Origin: Methanomassiliicoccales archaeon
GTDB taxonomy: Archaea; Thermoplasmatota; Thermoplasmata; Methanomassiliicoccales; UBA472
Assembly: GCA_026394375.1 (NCBI GenBank)
Contig: JAPKYJ010000024.1
Span: 35,259-99,258 of the forward strand
Length of the DNA: 64,000 nucleotides
Direction of reading: 5' to 3'
Position numbers and translations under genes: made by a program. Below the pieces are notes generated by a model that saw only the letters and a program-made list of their open reading frames with translations, made no database searches and was not told where the DNA came from. Below, piece by piece: positions 37,906 to 47,827 of the stretch (positions are counted from its first letter, which is position 1; every line of letters starts with the position of its first letter).

Positions 37906-39378
37906 CTACCTCCTGTCCTTAGGGGCACCGCACTCCGGGCAGAACTTGGAGTTCGCCGGAACCTCGGCAGAGCAGGAGGGACAGAAGCGCATTCCTTCCT
38001 TAGGCACAGGTGCAGGCGGCGCTGCGACCGGTACCGGTGCTGGCGGAGCGGGCTCAAGCGCCGGAGGCGCGGGAGCGGGAATATCCATCGGTGGACCGAC
38101 CGGGCCCGGTCGGCCGCAGTAAGGGCAGTATCTCAGCCCTTCTGGCACATCCCTGCCACAGCTAGGGCAAAGCCTGGTCTTCTGCAGTGCTGGAGCTGAA
38201 GGCGCGGGAGCTCCTCCGCCGACGTTCGGCTTGCCGCAGAACGGGCAGAAATTGAGGTTCATCGGGAATTCGCGGCCGCAGCCCATGCACCTGATGTTCT
38301 GCTTCGCCTGATCAGGTGGAGGTGCTGTCGGTGGAGGTCCAGCAGGAGCCGGCTTGCCGCAGAAAGGGCAGAAGGCAAGGCCTTCCGGTGCATCCCTGCC
38401 GCATCCAGGGCAGAGCCGAGTAGTTGGTGCCGCTGGCGCTTGAGCAGGTGTCGTTGGCGCGGCCTGAATCGGTTGCGGTCCGGTGTCCGGCATCCCGCAA
38501 TAGGGGCAGAAGTTGAGCCCTTTGGGCGCATCGCGTCCACAGCCCATGCACTTGCGCATCTCCCTCGTCGCCGGGGGTGGAATGGGGACGAGTGGCTGTG
38601 ATGGAGGAACGGGCGCAGGCTGAGGCATTGCGCTTTGATCGTATGGCGCGGGCTTTCCGCATGACGGACAGAAGTTCAATCTCTCTGGGACCTCTTTCGC
38701 GCAACCAGCGCAGCGCACCATCTTCTTGGGCGGTTCGGGCGCGGGCAGTGGGGGCGGGGGCAACTGATCGTAAGGGGCGGGCTTGCCGCAACCGGGGCAG
38801 AAGCTCAGGCCAGCGGGGACTTCGCGACCACAACCGACGCATTTGACCATCGGCTTTGGTGGCGGCGAAGGTGCTGGCGTCGGCGGCGCAGCACTTGCCG
38901 AATAGGGTGCTTGCTTGCCGCATGAAGGGCAGAAGTTGAGACCGTCTGGAACGTCCTTGGCACAGGAGATGCAACGCGTCATTGGTTTGGGCGCTTGGAC
39001 GGGTTCTGGGGCAGGGACCAGCGGAGCTCCCGCCGGTCCAGGCCTTCCACAGTAGGGGCAATAGCTCAATCCCTCGGGCACCTGTCGTCCGCAGCCAGGG
39101 CAGAGGCGGGTTTGTTTCTGTGCTCCCGTCTGCGCTCCAACGGCCACGGGCGGGCCGGATGGACCCTCGCGACCGCAGTAAGGGCAGAACTTGAGTCCCT
39201 CCTGGACCTCGCGCCCGCAGCCGGGACATAGTCTTTTGGCAGGAGCACCCGGTGCTTGAGCCCCAGCATAGTCGCTCGGCGCTTCGGAGCCTCTGGGCCT
39301 GCCGCAGTACGGGCAGTAAGACAGCGCTCCCGAGATCTCCCTTCCACAACCTGGACAAAGCCTCATACCTTCCTTCAT
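37906..39378 (-). CDS. protein of 11 tandem zinc-ribbon units joined by Pro/Ala-rich linkers
   Basis: 490 aa. I count eleven units of the form (R/K)xCxxC(G/A)(R/K)(D/E)xPxGLxFCPxCGxP, each followed by a 15-35 aa Pro/Ala-rich linker. GGGAGG lies 8 nt upstream of the ATG. No TM segment or signal peptide. Confidence 0.75.
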   Translation of the reverse strand: MKEGMRLCPGCGREISGALSYCPYCGRPRGSEAPSDYAGAQAPGAPAKRLCPGCGREVQEGLKFCPYCGREGPSGPPVAVGAQTGAQKQTRLCPGCGRQVPEGLSYCPYCGRPGPAGAPLVPAPEPVQAPKPMTRCISCAKDVPDGLNFCPSCGKQAPYSASAAPPTPAPSPPPKPMVKCVGCGREVPAGLSFCPGCGKPAPYDQLPPPPLPAPEPPKKMVRCAGCAKEVPERLNFCPSCGKPAPYDQSAMPQPAPVPPSQPLVPIPPPATREMRKCMGCGRDAPKGLNFCPYCGMPDTGPQPIQAAPTTPAQAPAAPTTRLCPGCGRDAPEGLAFCPFCGKPAPAGPPPTAPPPDQAKQNIRCMGCGREFPMNLNFCPFCGKPNVGGGAPAPSAPALQKTRLCPSCGRDVPEGLRYCPYCGRPGPVGPPMDIPAPAPPALEPAPPAPVPVAAPPAPVPKEGMRFCPSCSAEVPANSKFCPECGAPKDRR

Positions 39379-39545
39379 GAAATGAACCTCCCAAGACGGT
39401 GCGCAGAATGCGCCGCTCTGGATATTCCGCAGTAGAGGTTAATAAGATTGTGGCTTCCAGATTGCTAAATGAGAGCACCATCTCTTCTTGGATGGAGAAG
39501 AGGTTTTGCGCCGGCCGTCACCGACGCCTGCGAAAGTTGCTGAAT

Positions 39546-39827
39546 TCACTTCTGGTCGTTGATCTTGATCAGGTGCCAGCCGAACTGCGTCTTTACCGGA
39601 CCGACGATCTTGCCCTTCTCCCCCTCGAAAGCGGCCTTATCGAACTCCGCCACCATCTGGCCCTTCCCGAACCAGCCGAGCTCCCCTCCCTTCTTACCGG
39701 AGGGGCATTTGGACCATTTCTTCGCCAGGTTCGGGAAGCTCTGCCCGGAGCTGAGCTTGGCCATCAGGTCCTTGGCTTCTTTCTCGCTGCTGACCAGGAT
39801 GTGCGAACAGTTCACCTGCTTTGGCAT
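39546..39827 (-). CDS. parvulin-type peptidyl-prolyl cis-trans isomerase
   Basis: 93 aa. Contains CSHILV...GGELGWFGKGQMVAEFDKAAF...KTQFGWHLIK. Confidence 0.9.
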   Translation of the reverse strand: MPKQVNCSHILVSSEKEAKDLMAKLSSGQSFPNLAKKWSKCPSGKKGGELGWFGKGQMVAEFDKAAFEGEKGKIVGPVKTQFGWHLIKINDQK

Positions 39828-39947
39828 GCGCGAGCGAATTGCTTGGAGGGCGATATAATTTACCGTTGCGAAGTCGCAGGCTCGCTCGCATTTGAACGAT
39901 GGGGAGCGCCAGAAACTTAAAAGCGGGCAGCCGCGATACTGCGATGC

Positions 39948-41210
39948 ATGTGGCGGCCGCTTGACCTGGAAGCCTGGAGCTCTAAACGTCGAGAGAATCT
40001 GGACAGCGTCAAGCCTTCCGTCTCAGAGATTATCGATTACGTTAGGAACGAAGGCGACAAAGCGCTTTTCGACCTGGCCGAGCGCTTCGATAAGGTGAAG
40101 CTGAAAGCCCTGAGAGTGGACGAAGAGCAGTTGAAGGCCGCCCGCGAAAGCATCGAGCCAGCACTTGTCAGCACCCTGCAGGAGGCAAGAAAGCGGATCG
40201 AGCGCTTCCACCGCATGCAGCTGAAGGACCAGACCTGGCTGAAGGAAGTGGAGCCGGGCGTATCCCTCGGAGTAAGGGTAACGCCTTTGGAACGGATCGG
40301 TGCCTACATACCTGGTGGCAGAGCATCGTATCCAAGCACCGCCCTGATGTGCGTGATCCCCGCCAAAGTGGCAGGAGTGAAGGAGATCGTCTGTTGCACG
40401 CCTCCCCCCGCCAACCCATTGACGTTGGCCGCCCTGGAGATCGTAGGGGCGGACGAGGTGTACCTGGTCGGGGGGGCGCAGGCGGTAGCGGCCATGGCCC
40501 TCGGAACGAAGACGATCAGGCGGGTGCAGAAGATCGTCGGTCCAGGCAACGTCTACGTCACCGCGGCCAAGATGATGCTGCGCGATCGCGTTGAGATAGA
40601 TTTTCCTGCCGGTCCGAGCGAGATCGTCATCGTTGCGGATTCGAGCGCGAACCCGGAGTTCATAGCCGCCGATATCCTGGCCCAGGCGGAGCACGATCCG
40701 AGGTCCCCCTGTGCCCTGGTGACCACCGATCCCGATCTGCCGAGGAAGGTGGGAGATGCTCTGAGACGGCAGCTGAAGGGATCGAAGCGCCAGGAGATAC
40801 TCCTCAAATCAATGGACAACGCCGGCTATCTGGTGATTAAAGGCATCCATGAGGCCGGGGAAGTGGTCAACCGCATCGCGCCCGAGCACTTGTCCGTTCA
40901 ATGCTCCAACCCTCTGCGTTTCCTGGATGAAGTGCAGAACGCCGGCTCCATCTTCCTCGGACACTATGCGGCGGTGGCTTGTGGCGATTACGCCTCGGGC
41001 ACGAACCACGTACTGCCCACCGCCGGCTTCGCCTCGCTCTACTCCGGACTGGACGTCTGGCACTTCTGCAAGCGCACGTCGGTGCAGATGATCGAGCGCG
41101 AAGGTCTGGAGGAGATCGGTGATGTGGTGGAGCGGCTTGCCAAAGCGGAAGGGCTGGAAGCTCATGCAAGATCGGTGAGTCTGCGGAGAAAGAGCAAGCA
41201 GGGCAGCTGA
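39948..41210 (+). CDS. hisD: histidinol dehydrogenase
   Basis: 420 aa. Contains YIPGGRASYPSTALM and the AQAEHDP and GDYASGTNHVLPT blocks. Confidence 0.9.
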   Translation: MWRPLDLEAWSSKRRENLDSVKPSVSEIIDYVRNEGDKALFDLAERFDKVKLKALRVDEEQLKAARESIEPALVSTLQEARKRIERFHRMQLKDQTWLKEVEPGVSLGVRVTPLERIGAYIPGGRASYPSTALMCVIPAKVAGVKEIVCCTPPPANPLTLAALEIVGADEVYLVGGAQAVAAMALGTKTIRRVQKIVGPGNVYVTAAKMMLRDRVEIDFPAGPSEIVIVADSSANPEFIAADILAQAEHDPRSPCALVTTDPDLPRKVGDALRRQLKGSKRQEILLKSMDNAGYLVIKGIHEAGEVVNRIAPEHLSVQCSNPLRFLDEVQNAGSIFLGHYAAVACGDYASGTNHVLPTAGFASLYSGLDVWHFCKRTSVQMIEREGLEEIGDVVERLAKAEGLEAHARSVSLRRKSKQGS

Positions 41211-41260
41211 CGGCAAAGGGTAATTGGCCGGTCGGAGCATTACCATCGGAGAGGTGTCGC

Positions 41261-41896
41261 TTGCCCGCTGGCGGTCAGAGCACGAAAAGCGCCTGGGAAC
41301 GGCAATACGAACGCAACAAGCGCTTGTGGCGCGGTCCTGGTGAAACGGAGTTCGATCTTCCTCCGAAAGCTCTCGTGCTGGAGATTGGATGCGGTTCGGG
41401 CAAGACCCTGAGCGCCCTGGCCGGCAAGGAAGCGGAGATCGTGGCTTTGGATATTTCCCGAGCGGCCCTGAGATTTTGCGCATCGGCCAACTTTGGAGGT
41501 GCGATCCACTTCCTCGAGGCTAAGGTCGAGAGGCTGCCGTTGAGGGACGCTCGATTCGATGCTGTGATCGTTCATCACATTCTTGGTCATCTGGTCGAGA
41601 ATGAAAGGAAGGAAGCGGTCGATGAGATCGCCCGAGTCTTGAAACCTGGAGGCATGGTACATGTTCGGGTCTTCTCCACTTCGGACATGCGTTATGGCAA
41701 AGGAGAGGAGATGGAAGCGAACACCTTCCGAAAGGGAACGGGGGTGTTCTGCCATTTCTTCTCCGAGCTTGAGCTGAAGGAGCTTTTCTCAGGATTTGAA
41801 ACGATGGGCGTGAAAAAGGTCGAGGCATCGAAGCGATTTGAAGGAGCGGAACAACGAAGAAGCGAGATCGTCGCCGCCTATCGCTCTGCTCGGTGA
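41261..41896 (+). CDS. class I SAM-dependent methyltransferase
   Basis: 211 aa from a TTG start. SAM motif I VLEIGCGSGKT and post-I ALDIS. Confidence 0.75.
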   Translation: MPAGGQSTKSAWERQYERNKRLWRGPGETEFDLPPKALVLEIGCGSGKTLSALAGKEAEIVALDISRAALRFCASANFGGAIHFLEAKVERLPLRDARFDAVIVHHILGHLVENERKEAVDEIARVLKPGGMVHVRVFSTSDMRYGKGEEMEANTFRKGTGVFCHFFSELELKELFSGFETMGVKKVEASKRFEGAEQRRSEIVAAYRSAR

Positions 41897-41954
41897 ACGC
41901 CCGCGATGACCGAAACGCATCTAAACCTAGAAGACCGATTACGCCGCAGAAGAG

Positions 41955-42344
41955 GTGGGCGAGTTGTCCAAACCCAGGTCTGGAAAGACAGCGAGAGAAG
42001 AGAAGGAGGTCCAGCGCAGGTTGAAGGAGATCGAAAAGGTCTTCGGAGAGGTCCCATTTGTGCCCAAGATGCTCTCCGAGCACCCGGACATGTTCCTTCC
42101 TTATGCTGAAATGTCCGACCGAGTGATGCTGAACCCTCGCTTCATGGACAGGAAGTCGCTGGAGCTGGCCGCGGTGGCAGCCGGCTCCGCCTTGGCGAGC
42201 GAACATTGCCTGGCCGTGCATATCCGCCAGGCCAAGACGGATGGAGCGAGCGAAGGCGAGCTGATGGAGGCCATCATGGTGGGCGCTTTCATGGCCTCGA
42301 CCCGAAGCCAATCGGTGGCGTTGCGCAAGCTGAAAGAGCTTTGA
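41955..42344 (+). CDS. carboxymuconolactone decarboxylase (AhpD-like) family protein
   Basis: 129 aa. Contains LELAAVAAGSALASEHCLAVHIRQAK. Confidence 0.65.
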   Translation: MGELSKPRSGKTAREEKEVQRRLKEIEKVFGEVPFVPKMLSEHPDMFLPYAEMSDRVMLNPRFMDRKSLELAAVAAGSALASEHCLAVHIRQAKTDGASEGELMEAIMVGAFMASTRSQSVALRKLKEL

Positions 42345-42353
42345 GCCGGGTTC

Positions 42354-43559
42354 TCAGACGATCCCCAGCTCCTTTCCCACCTTGAGGAACTTCTCGATGG
42401 CGAAGTCCACGTCCTTCCGGGCCATGGCCGCGTTCATGATGGTGCGGATGCGCGCCTTGTCCTTGGCCACCATCGGAAAGACGATCGGCAGGGCGAACAC
42501 ACCTTCCTGGAAGAGCCTTTCGCTCAACTTCTTGGCCACGCCGCTCTCTCCGACCATTATGGGTATGATGGGCGTTTCGCTTCGGCCCGTGTTGAAACCG
42601 AGGTCCTGCATGGCCTTCTTGAAGTAGCGCGTATGGTCCCAGAGCCTCCTGACATGCTCTGGTTCCGTCTCCAGCACGTCTACGGCCGCAATGCACGCCG
42701 CCGCCACCGCCGGAGGATGCGAACCGCTCAGCAGCCAGGTGCGCGATCTGTTGTAGGCGAAGTTCACCAGGTCTCGCGATCCTGAGATATGTCCTCCTAC
42801 CACTCCGAAGGCCTTGGAGAACGTCCCCATCTCCACCTGCACCTTCTCCCGGGGAAGATGGAAGTGATGCACGATGCCCCTTCCTCCCTCACCAAGAACG
42901 CCCTCGCCATGGGCATCGTCCACGTAGAGCATGGCTCCATGTTCTTCCGCCGCCTTCGCGACCTCCGGCAGAGGCGCGATGTCCCCGTCCATGGAGAACA
43001 CTCCGTCGGTGATGATCAGGATCCGTCTTGGTGCGGGCGTTTTCTTTTCCATCTCTTGCAGAACGCGGTGCAGGTCCGCCACGTCGCAGTGCTTGTAGAC
43101 CGCACGCTCCGCATAGGACAGTCGAACGCCATCGATGATGCTCCCGTGGTTGAGCTCGTCGCTGATGATGATGTCCCCTTTTCCAGCAAGCTGCGGGATT
43201 AGGCCGGCGTTGGCAGCGAAGCCGGTCTGGTAGACCAGGGACGCTTCCGCTTCCTTGAACCTGGCAAGTCTTCTTTCCAGCTCGAAGTGCAGGTCCATGC
43301 TGCCGGCGATGGGACGGACGGAACCTGATCCAGCTCCGTGAGTCTTGATCGCCTCGATGGCGGCATCTTTCAGCTTCTGGTGATTGCTCAGCCCCAGATA
43401 GTTGTTGGAGCAGAACATGAGGACCTTCTTGCCGTCGACCACGCACCAAGGACTGCTCGGTCCCTGCAACTCGCGCAGCCTCCAGTCCAACTCATCTTTG
43501 ACCAGGGCTTCATACTCTTCCTTCAGGAACGATGTGGGATCGCGCTTCAAATGCCTCAC
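42354..43559 (-). CDS. kbl: 2-amino-3-ketobutyrate CoA ligase (glycine C-acetyltransferase)
   Basis: Alpha-oxoamine synthase family with a PLP-lysine region (GTFSKAFGVVGG). A GTG at 43559 overlaps the tdh stop (GTGA) and gives about 401 aa. The ORF-track start at 43646 would overlap tdh by 91 nt. Confidence 0.85.
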   Translation of the reverse strand: MRHLKRDPTSFLKEEYEALVKDELDWRLRELQGPSSPWCVVDGKKVLMFCSNNYLGLSNHQKLKDAAIEAIKTHGAGSGSVRPIAGSMDLHFELERRLARFKEAEASLVYQTGFAANAGLIPQLAGKGDIIISDELNHGSIIDGVRLSYAERAVYKHCDVADLHRVLQEMEKKTPAPRRILIITDGVFSMDGDIAPLPEVAKAAEEHGAMLYVDDAHGEGVLGEGGRGIVHHFHLPREKVQVEMGTFSKAFGVVGGHISGSRDLVNFAYNRSRTWLLSGSHPPAVAAACIAAVDVLETEPEHVRRLWDHTRYFKKAMQDLGFNTGRSETPIIPIMVGESGVAKKLSERLFQEGVFALPIVFPMVAKDKARIRTIMNAAMARKDVDFAIEKFLKVGKELGIV

Positions 43560-44530
43560 CTTCTCTTGTTTATCAAGCGTTTGCTGAGCCTTGTGATCAT
43601 GTCCTCGGTCATCGAGCTCAGATCGTAGGATGGCTGCCAGCCCCAATCTCTCCTCGCCCCTCGGTCGTCGATGGACATGGGCCAGGAGTCAGCGATCTTC
43701 TGTCTGTGATCAGGTCTGTATTCGATCTCGAAGTCCGGGATGTGCTTCCTGACCTCAGCGGCCAGTTCGCCAGCGGTGAAGCTCGCCCCGGCCACGTTAT
43801 AGCCGTCGTGGTGCTTGATCTTGTTCCGGGGAACGCCCATGATCTGCAAAGTGCAATTGATGCAATCAGGCATGTACATCAACGGGAGGATGGTGTCCTC
43901 GCGTACGAAGCATGTGTATCTTCCTTTCTGAATGGCCTCGTAGAACATCTCCACCGAGTAGTCGGTCGTGCCCCCGCCGGGCGGCGTCTCTGAGGATACG
44001 ATGCCAGGATAGCGCACCGAGCGAACGTCCAGACCGTACTTGACGAAGTAGTAGTTGCAGAGAAGCTCGCCCGCCACCTTCGTCACTCCATACATTGAGG
44101 TCGGCACAAGCACGGTATCTTGAGGCGTTTCGATGCGAGGCGAGGTCGGTCCGAAGACGGCGATGGAAGAGGGCCAGAATACCTTCTCCAGCTTGAGCTT
44201 GCGCGCCACCTCTAGGACGTTGCAGAGGGAGCTCATGTTCACTTTCCAGGCGGCCTGAGGATCTTCCTCTCCAGTGACTGAAAGGATGGCAGCGAGATGC
44301 CATATCTCAGTGATCTTCATCTCTCTCACTAGGTCGTAGATCGCCTGTTCACTGGCCAGATCCGCCTTCACCACCGGCCCCGATTCCATGACCTCTTTGC
44401 TCGGTTGGCGGGTGTGCACAACGGCTATGACATTCTCTCCACCGTATCGTTTCCTCATCTCCAGAACGAGCTCCGAACCGATCTGACCCGTGGCGCCGGT
44501 GAGCAGTATCCGCCTCCCTTGCTTGGCCAT
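43556..44530 (-). CDS. tdh: L-threonine 3-dehydrogenase, NAD-dependent epimerase/dehydratase type
   Basis: 324 aa. Contains ILLTGATGQIGSEL and a YxxxK region. Coupled to kbl. Confidence 0.8.
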   Translation of the reverse strand: MAKQGRRILLTGATGQIGSELVLEMRKRYGGENVIAVVHTRQPSKEVMESGPVVKADLASEQAIYDLVREMKITEIWHLAAILSVTGEEDPQAAWKVNMSSLCNVLEVARKLKLEKVFWPSSIAVFGPTSPRIETPQDTVLVPTSMYGVTKVAGELLCNYYFVKYGLDVRSVRYPGIVSSETPPGGGTTDYSVEMFYEAIQKGRYTCFVREDTILPLMYMPDCINCTLQIMGVPRNKIKHHDGYNVAGASFTAGELAAEVRKHIPDFEIEYRPDHRQKIADSWPMSIDDRGARRDWGWQPSYDLSSMTEDMITRLSKRLINKRR

Positions 44531-44603
44531 TCTCCCCCTCTTCGGAGAATGATGAGCACCGGGGGCTTATATCGCTTGGCAATGCCTCGCTCTGGCATGG
44601 CAC

Positions 44604-45014
44604 GTGGAGCGAAAGGTATTCTTGGTGGGAGATGCCCTAGCATGGTTGACGGTGCAAATGCAGAAGTTCTCATGCAGCTGGGGATGGCTGGAGGTAGAAG
44701 GCAAGCGCCACGAGAAGGATGTTGTCGTCCACGTCGATGGCTCCGTCACCTCCAGGAACGTGGAAGTTTCGAAACCCTACTTGGGGGAGTACTTCCACAT
44801 CCCGCTGTCGGAGCTTGAACTGGATTTCCTCGCGGCGGAGGATCCGGAAGTTGTGATCGTCGGTGGCGGGTACAAAGGTATGATGACCATTACTCCTAGG
44901 GCGAAGGAGATACTGGCGAGGTATGAAGTGCAGGCGGTTACGACCCCTAGAGCCATCGAGCTGATGGATATGGAGAAGCGCAGGTTCGTGGCCATTCTGC
45001 ACTCAACTTGCTAG
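44604..45014 (+). CDS. Mth938-like domain protein (DUF498)
   Basis: Contains WLEVEGKRHEKDVVVHVDG...VVIVGGGYKGMM. The probable true start is ATG 44658. Confidence 0.65.
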   Translation: MERKVFLVGDALAWLTVQMQKFSCSWGWLEVEGKRHEKDVVVHVDGSVTSRNVEVSKPYLGEYFHIPLSELELDFLAAEDPEVVIVGGGYKGMMTITPRAKEILARYEVQAVTTPRAIELMDMEKRRFVAILHSTC

Positions 45015-45140
45015 GACCATCGGATGTCCGTTCTAAGCCCTATTGCATCATAAACTGAGAAGAGCATCATTTTGAGGCGTGCTCATTCAGTCTCTTTCTA
45101 CGGGTTGATTTGGCGGCCCTGCACCTTTCGTATCCCTGGC

Positions 45141-45347
45141 CTATTTCTTCTCCTCATCAACTTTCGCTCTAAAAATGTCTATATTCTTATTATGACCAAT
45201 CGTCGGGGGACAGTCCGGCGTACGACAGCCTATGTAATCCGCGGTCTTGCCCAGCAGGCAAACGGCCATCTTCTGACACTTCATCTTCACTCGCGCTCCG
45301 TCTCTGCATGGCGATATGCATTTTCCCGGTATATGAGCAACCGCCAT
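45141..45347 (-). CDS. Cys-rich small hypothetical protein
   Basis: 68 aa with 6 Cys (KCISPC...KCQKMAVC...GCRTPDC). Lies in an AT-richer stretch left of the island. Confidence 0.3.
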   Translation of the reverse strand: MAVAHIPGKCISPCRDGARVKMKCQKMAVCLLGKTADYIGCRTPDCPPTIGHNKNIDIFRAKVDEEKK

Positions 45348-45430
45348 CTTTCGTTAACTGAATTCCGTAGGATATCGCTTTTGAGGATTGGGTTTGGCAA
45401 AGCGTAGTCGACATGATTGTGGAACTAAGA

Positions 45431-45450
45431 GTGGACAAGGGGAGATTCGA
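45431..45450. repeat. degenerate copy of the tRNA-Ala 3' end (att-like, outermost)
   Basis: GTGGACAAGGGGAGATTCGA differs at 1 of 20 positions from 51423-51442 within the tRNA-Ala gene. Confidence 0.7.
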
Positions 45451-45915
45451 TCGTCACCTCATCCAGACCTTCATTTATTGAAGGGGCTCAAGACAATTAT
45501 TCGAGATAGGGAGGTGAGACCTTTTCTCTTGGAGGGTTCGAACCCCATCGAGCCCGCCTCTTTTAGCGCAGCCAATGGTCCACTGCACTATGATTCCCGG
45601 AAGGTGAGGTTGATGGGATTTGTGTTTCCGATCGATGTAGACGATGTCATTATGTTTTCGGAGCCAATTCCCACACTCAATTCAGTAACCATACATTTGG
45701 AGGGGCGCGGACACATGAACGTAGAGAGCATGATGACTTTGGCAATGAGCTTAGCTGTCAGGCATTTCTCGCGTTGAATGGCCAGGTGTCGTAACTATTG
45801 GAGGCCCATGAGCGAACATACCATAAAAGGGGAGGAATCGATGAGGAGAAAGGGTCGAACTAGTAATAAGGAGATAGATATTCTTCCTCCGACCCCGAGG
45901 ATAGGCGATTGAGAC

Positions 45916-46707
45916 ATGGCTGTAATCGAAGCCAAGGCACTGACGAAGAAATTCGGCAAGTTCGTGGCTGTCGATAGCCTCAGTCTCACGGTCGAAGAAG
46001 GGGAGATATTTGGACTACTTGGTCCGAACGGAGCAGGGAAGACCACCACCATAAAGATGCTCACTACCTTGCTGATTCCGACCTCTGGACGAGCCATTGT
46101 GGCGGGGTTCGATGTTGTGAAGAGGCCAGAGGAGGTGCAAGCCATCATCGGCTATGTCCCCCAACTTCTATCTGCCGAAGGTTCAATAACCGGGTACGAG
46201 AACCTGCTCATTTTCGCGAAGCTTTACGATGTTCCGAAGGCGGAGCGCCAGGAACGCGTGCGGCATGCTCTCCAGATAATGGGGTTGACCGATGCAGCGG
46301 ACAAGTTGGTCCGCCAATACTCGGGTGGAATGGTTCGCAGGTTGGAGATCGCTCAATCCGCTCTCCACAAGCCGAAGGTGATGTTCATGGACGAGCCGAC
46401 GGTGGGGCTCGACCCATTGGCAAGAAGGACCGTATGGGAACTGGTTAGGGAGCTGAGAAGGGAGAGCAACGCCACCATCGTGCTCACCACGCATATCATG
46501 GAGGAGGCGCAGAGCCTGTGCGACCGCGTAGGCATCATGCACAGAGGGAAGCTGGTGGCAATAGGCACGCCCGATGAATTGATTGCATCCACGGGAGAAA
46601 AGGATCTGGATGAGGTTTTCATCCATTTCACCGGTGACATGATCGAAGAGTCGGGCAACCTGCGGCAGATCGAGGCCGAACGCAAAACCGCCAGGAGACT
46701 GGGGTGA
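45916..46707 (+). CDS. ABC transporter ATP-binding protein (ABC-2/DrrA type)
   Basis: 263 aa. Walker A GPNGAGKTT, signature YSGGMVRR, Walker B MFMDEPTVGLD. Confidence 0.9.
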   Translation: MAVIEAKALTKKFGKFVAVDSLSLTVEEGEIFGLLGPNGAGKTTTIKMLTTLLIPTSGRAIVAGFDVVKRPEEVQAIIGYVPQLLSAEGSITGYENLLIFAKLYDVPKAERQERVRHALQIMGLTDAADKLVRQYSGGMVRRLEIAQSALHKPKVMFMDEPTVGLDPLARRTVWELVRELRRESNATIVLTTHIMEEAQSLCDRVGIMHRGKLVAIGTPDELIASTGEKDLDEVFIHFTGDMIEESGNLRQIEAERKTARRLG

Positions 46708-46711
46708 TCGA

Positions 46712-47509
46712 GTGGCTCCGCGGACCCCACTGGAGACGGCAATCAGGTTCTTCACCAAATCCGGGGTGATCGCTGAGCTGGAGATCAGGAAGCTGGCTCA
46801 TGATCCTACGGAACTTCTGACCAGGGCGGTACAGCCAGTCCTCTGGCTCCTGGTCTTCGGCACGGTCTTCACCCAAGCTCGGATCATTCCGACTGGCAAC
46901 CTGCCCTACATTGATTTTATGACACCAGGCGTCTTGGCGCAAAGCGTTCTCTTCATCTCCATTTTCTATGGGCTGTCGATCATATGGGAGCGCGACCTCG
47001 GAATTGTGCAGAAGTTCCTCACCAGTCCTACACCCAGGACCGCCCTCGTCACCGGCAAGGCGCTTTCCGCCGGAGTAAGGGGGCTGGCCCAGGGGGTTAT
47101 CATCTATCTTCTGGCCATTGGCATAGGGGTGAAGGTGAACCTCGATCCACTTTCGATCCTTGTGGTGATTGCCCTCATCCTGCTAGGCGCAGCGATTTTC
47201 TCCACCCTATCGCTCATCATCGCGTGCCTGGTCAAAACCCGGGAGAGATTCATGGGTATCGGTCAGATGATCACCATGCCCCTATTCCTGGCAAGCAATG
47301 CCATCTACCCCATCTCGCTGATGCCGGATTGGCTCAGGGTCATCGCCCATGGCAACCCACTAACCTACCAGGTCGATGCCATGCGCGGACTGATGATAGT
47401 CGGAGGCGTTAGCGAGTACGGCGTGCTGTTCGACCTTGCGCTTCTATTCGTGATCGCCGCGGTGCTCATTTGGATTGGAGGTAAACTCTATGCAAGGGTG
47501 GCCAGGTGA
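46712..47509 (+). CDS. ABC-2 type transporter permease
   Basis: 265 aa from a GTG start 5 nt after the ATPase stop. Six hydrophobic segments typical of ABC-2 permeases. Confidence 0.85.
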   Translation: MAPRTPLETAIRFFTKSGVIAELEIRKLAHDPTELLTRAVQPVLWLLVFGTVFTQARIIPTGNLPYIDFMTPGVLAQSVLFISIFYGLSIIWERDLGIVQKFLTSPTPRTALVTGKALSAGVRGLAQGVIIYLLAIGIGVKVNLDPLSILVVIALILLGAAIFSTLSLIIACLVKTRERFMGIGQMITMPLFLASNAIYPISLMPDWLRVIAHGNPLTYQVDAMRGLMIVGGVSEYGVLFDLALLFVIAAVLIWIGGKLYARVAR

Positions 47510-47827
47510 CAAGGGGGAGGGCATCACTTCGAGGCAATATGGCTTCTTCTATGGCCTGTCATGAAGAAGAACAATTGCACCACGTTCTTGCCTTCTGCCT
47601 TACTCTGCAATATGGCAGCCTTTACCTTTTCCTCGTCCCACTTACGAGGGGGCATCTTAGCAATGATTAGACGTGGTCGGGGATGTTAAGGTTGCTCCGC
47701 CTTCAACTTGTCCACGTTCATACTCTGCCTCTTGCTGCGAGAATCGGTTACCGATATGTTTATATCATAAAGTATTTCAATCACCACAGCCCAAGATAGT
47801 CTTGGGGGTGAATACCTGATTTTCATA

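Noticed and set aside
38312-39481. 389-aa minus-strand ORF overlapping the zinc-ribbon array gene in another frame, plus many similar long alternative-frame ORFs (e.g. 589-1248, 25551-26501, 40023-40694, 62538-63260)
   Set aside because: These are Arg/Gly/Pro-rich translations with no motifs. Each overlaps a gene that has clear family signatures. They are high-GC frame artefacts.
45521-45605. tRNA-like fragment containing GGGTTCGAACCC inside the island's left module
   Set aside because: I could not fold a cloverleaf on either strand. The T stem has only 3-4 bp, no complementary acceptor strands exist, and the anticodon stem has a mismatch. It may be a relic of another tRNA-derived att site, but it is not a gene.
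45388-45777. 129-aa plus-strand ORF spanning the outermost att-like copy
   Set aside because: I considered it as a split SSV-type integrase fragment reading through att. It has no recombinase motifs (no R..HxxR..Y pattern), and its composition changes abruptly along the ORF.
47524-47655. 43-codon minus-strand ORF (MPPRKWDEEKVKAAILQSKAEGKNVVQLFFFMTGHRRSHIASK) between the ABC-2 permease and GYD genes
   Set aside because: It is coding-like only over the first 25 or so residues, it is very short, and it has no recognisable domain. It could be the 5' stump of a lost gene, but that cannot be supported.
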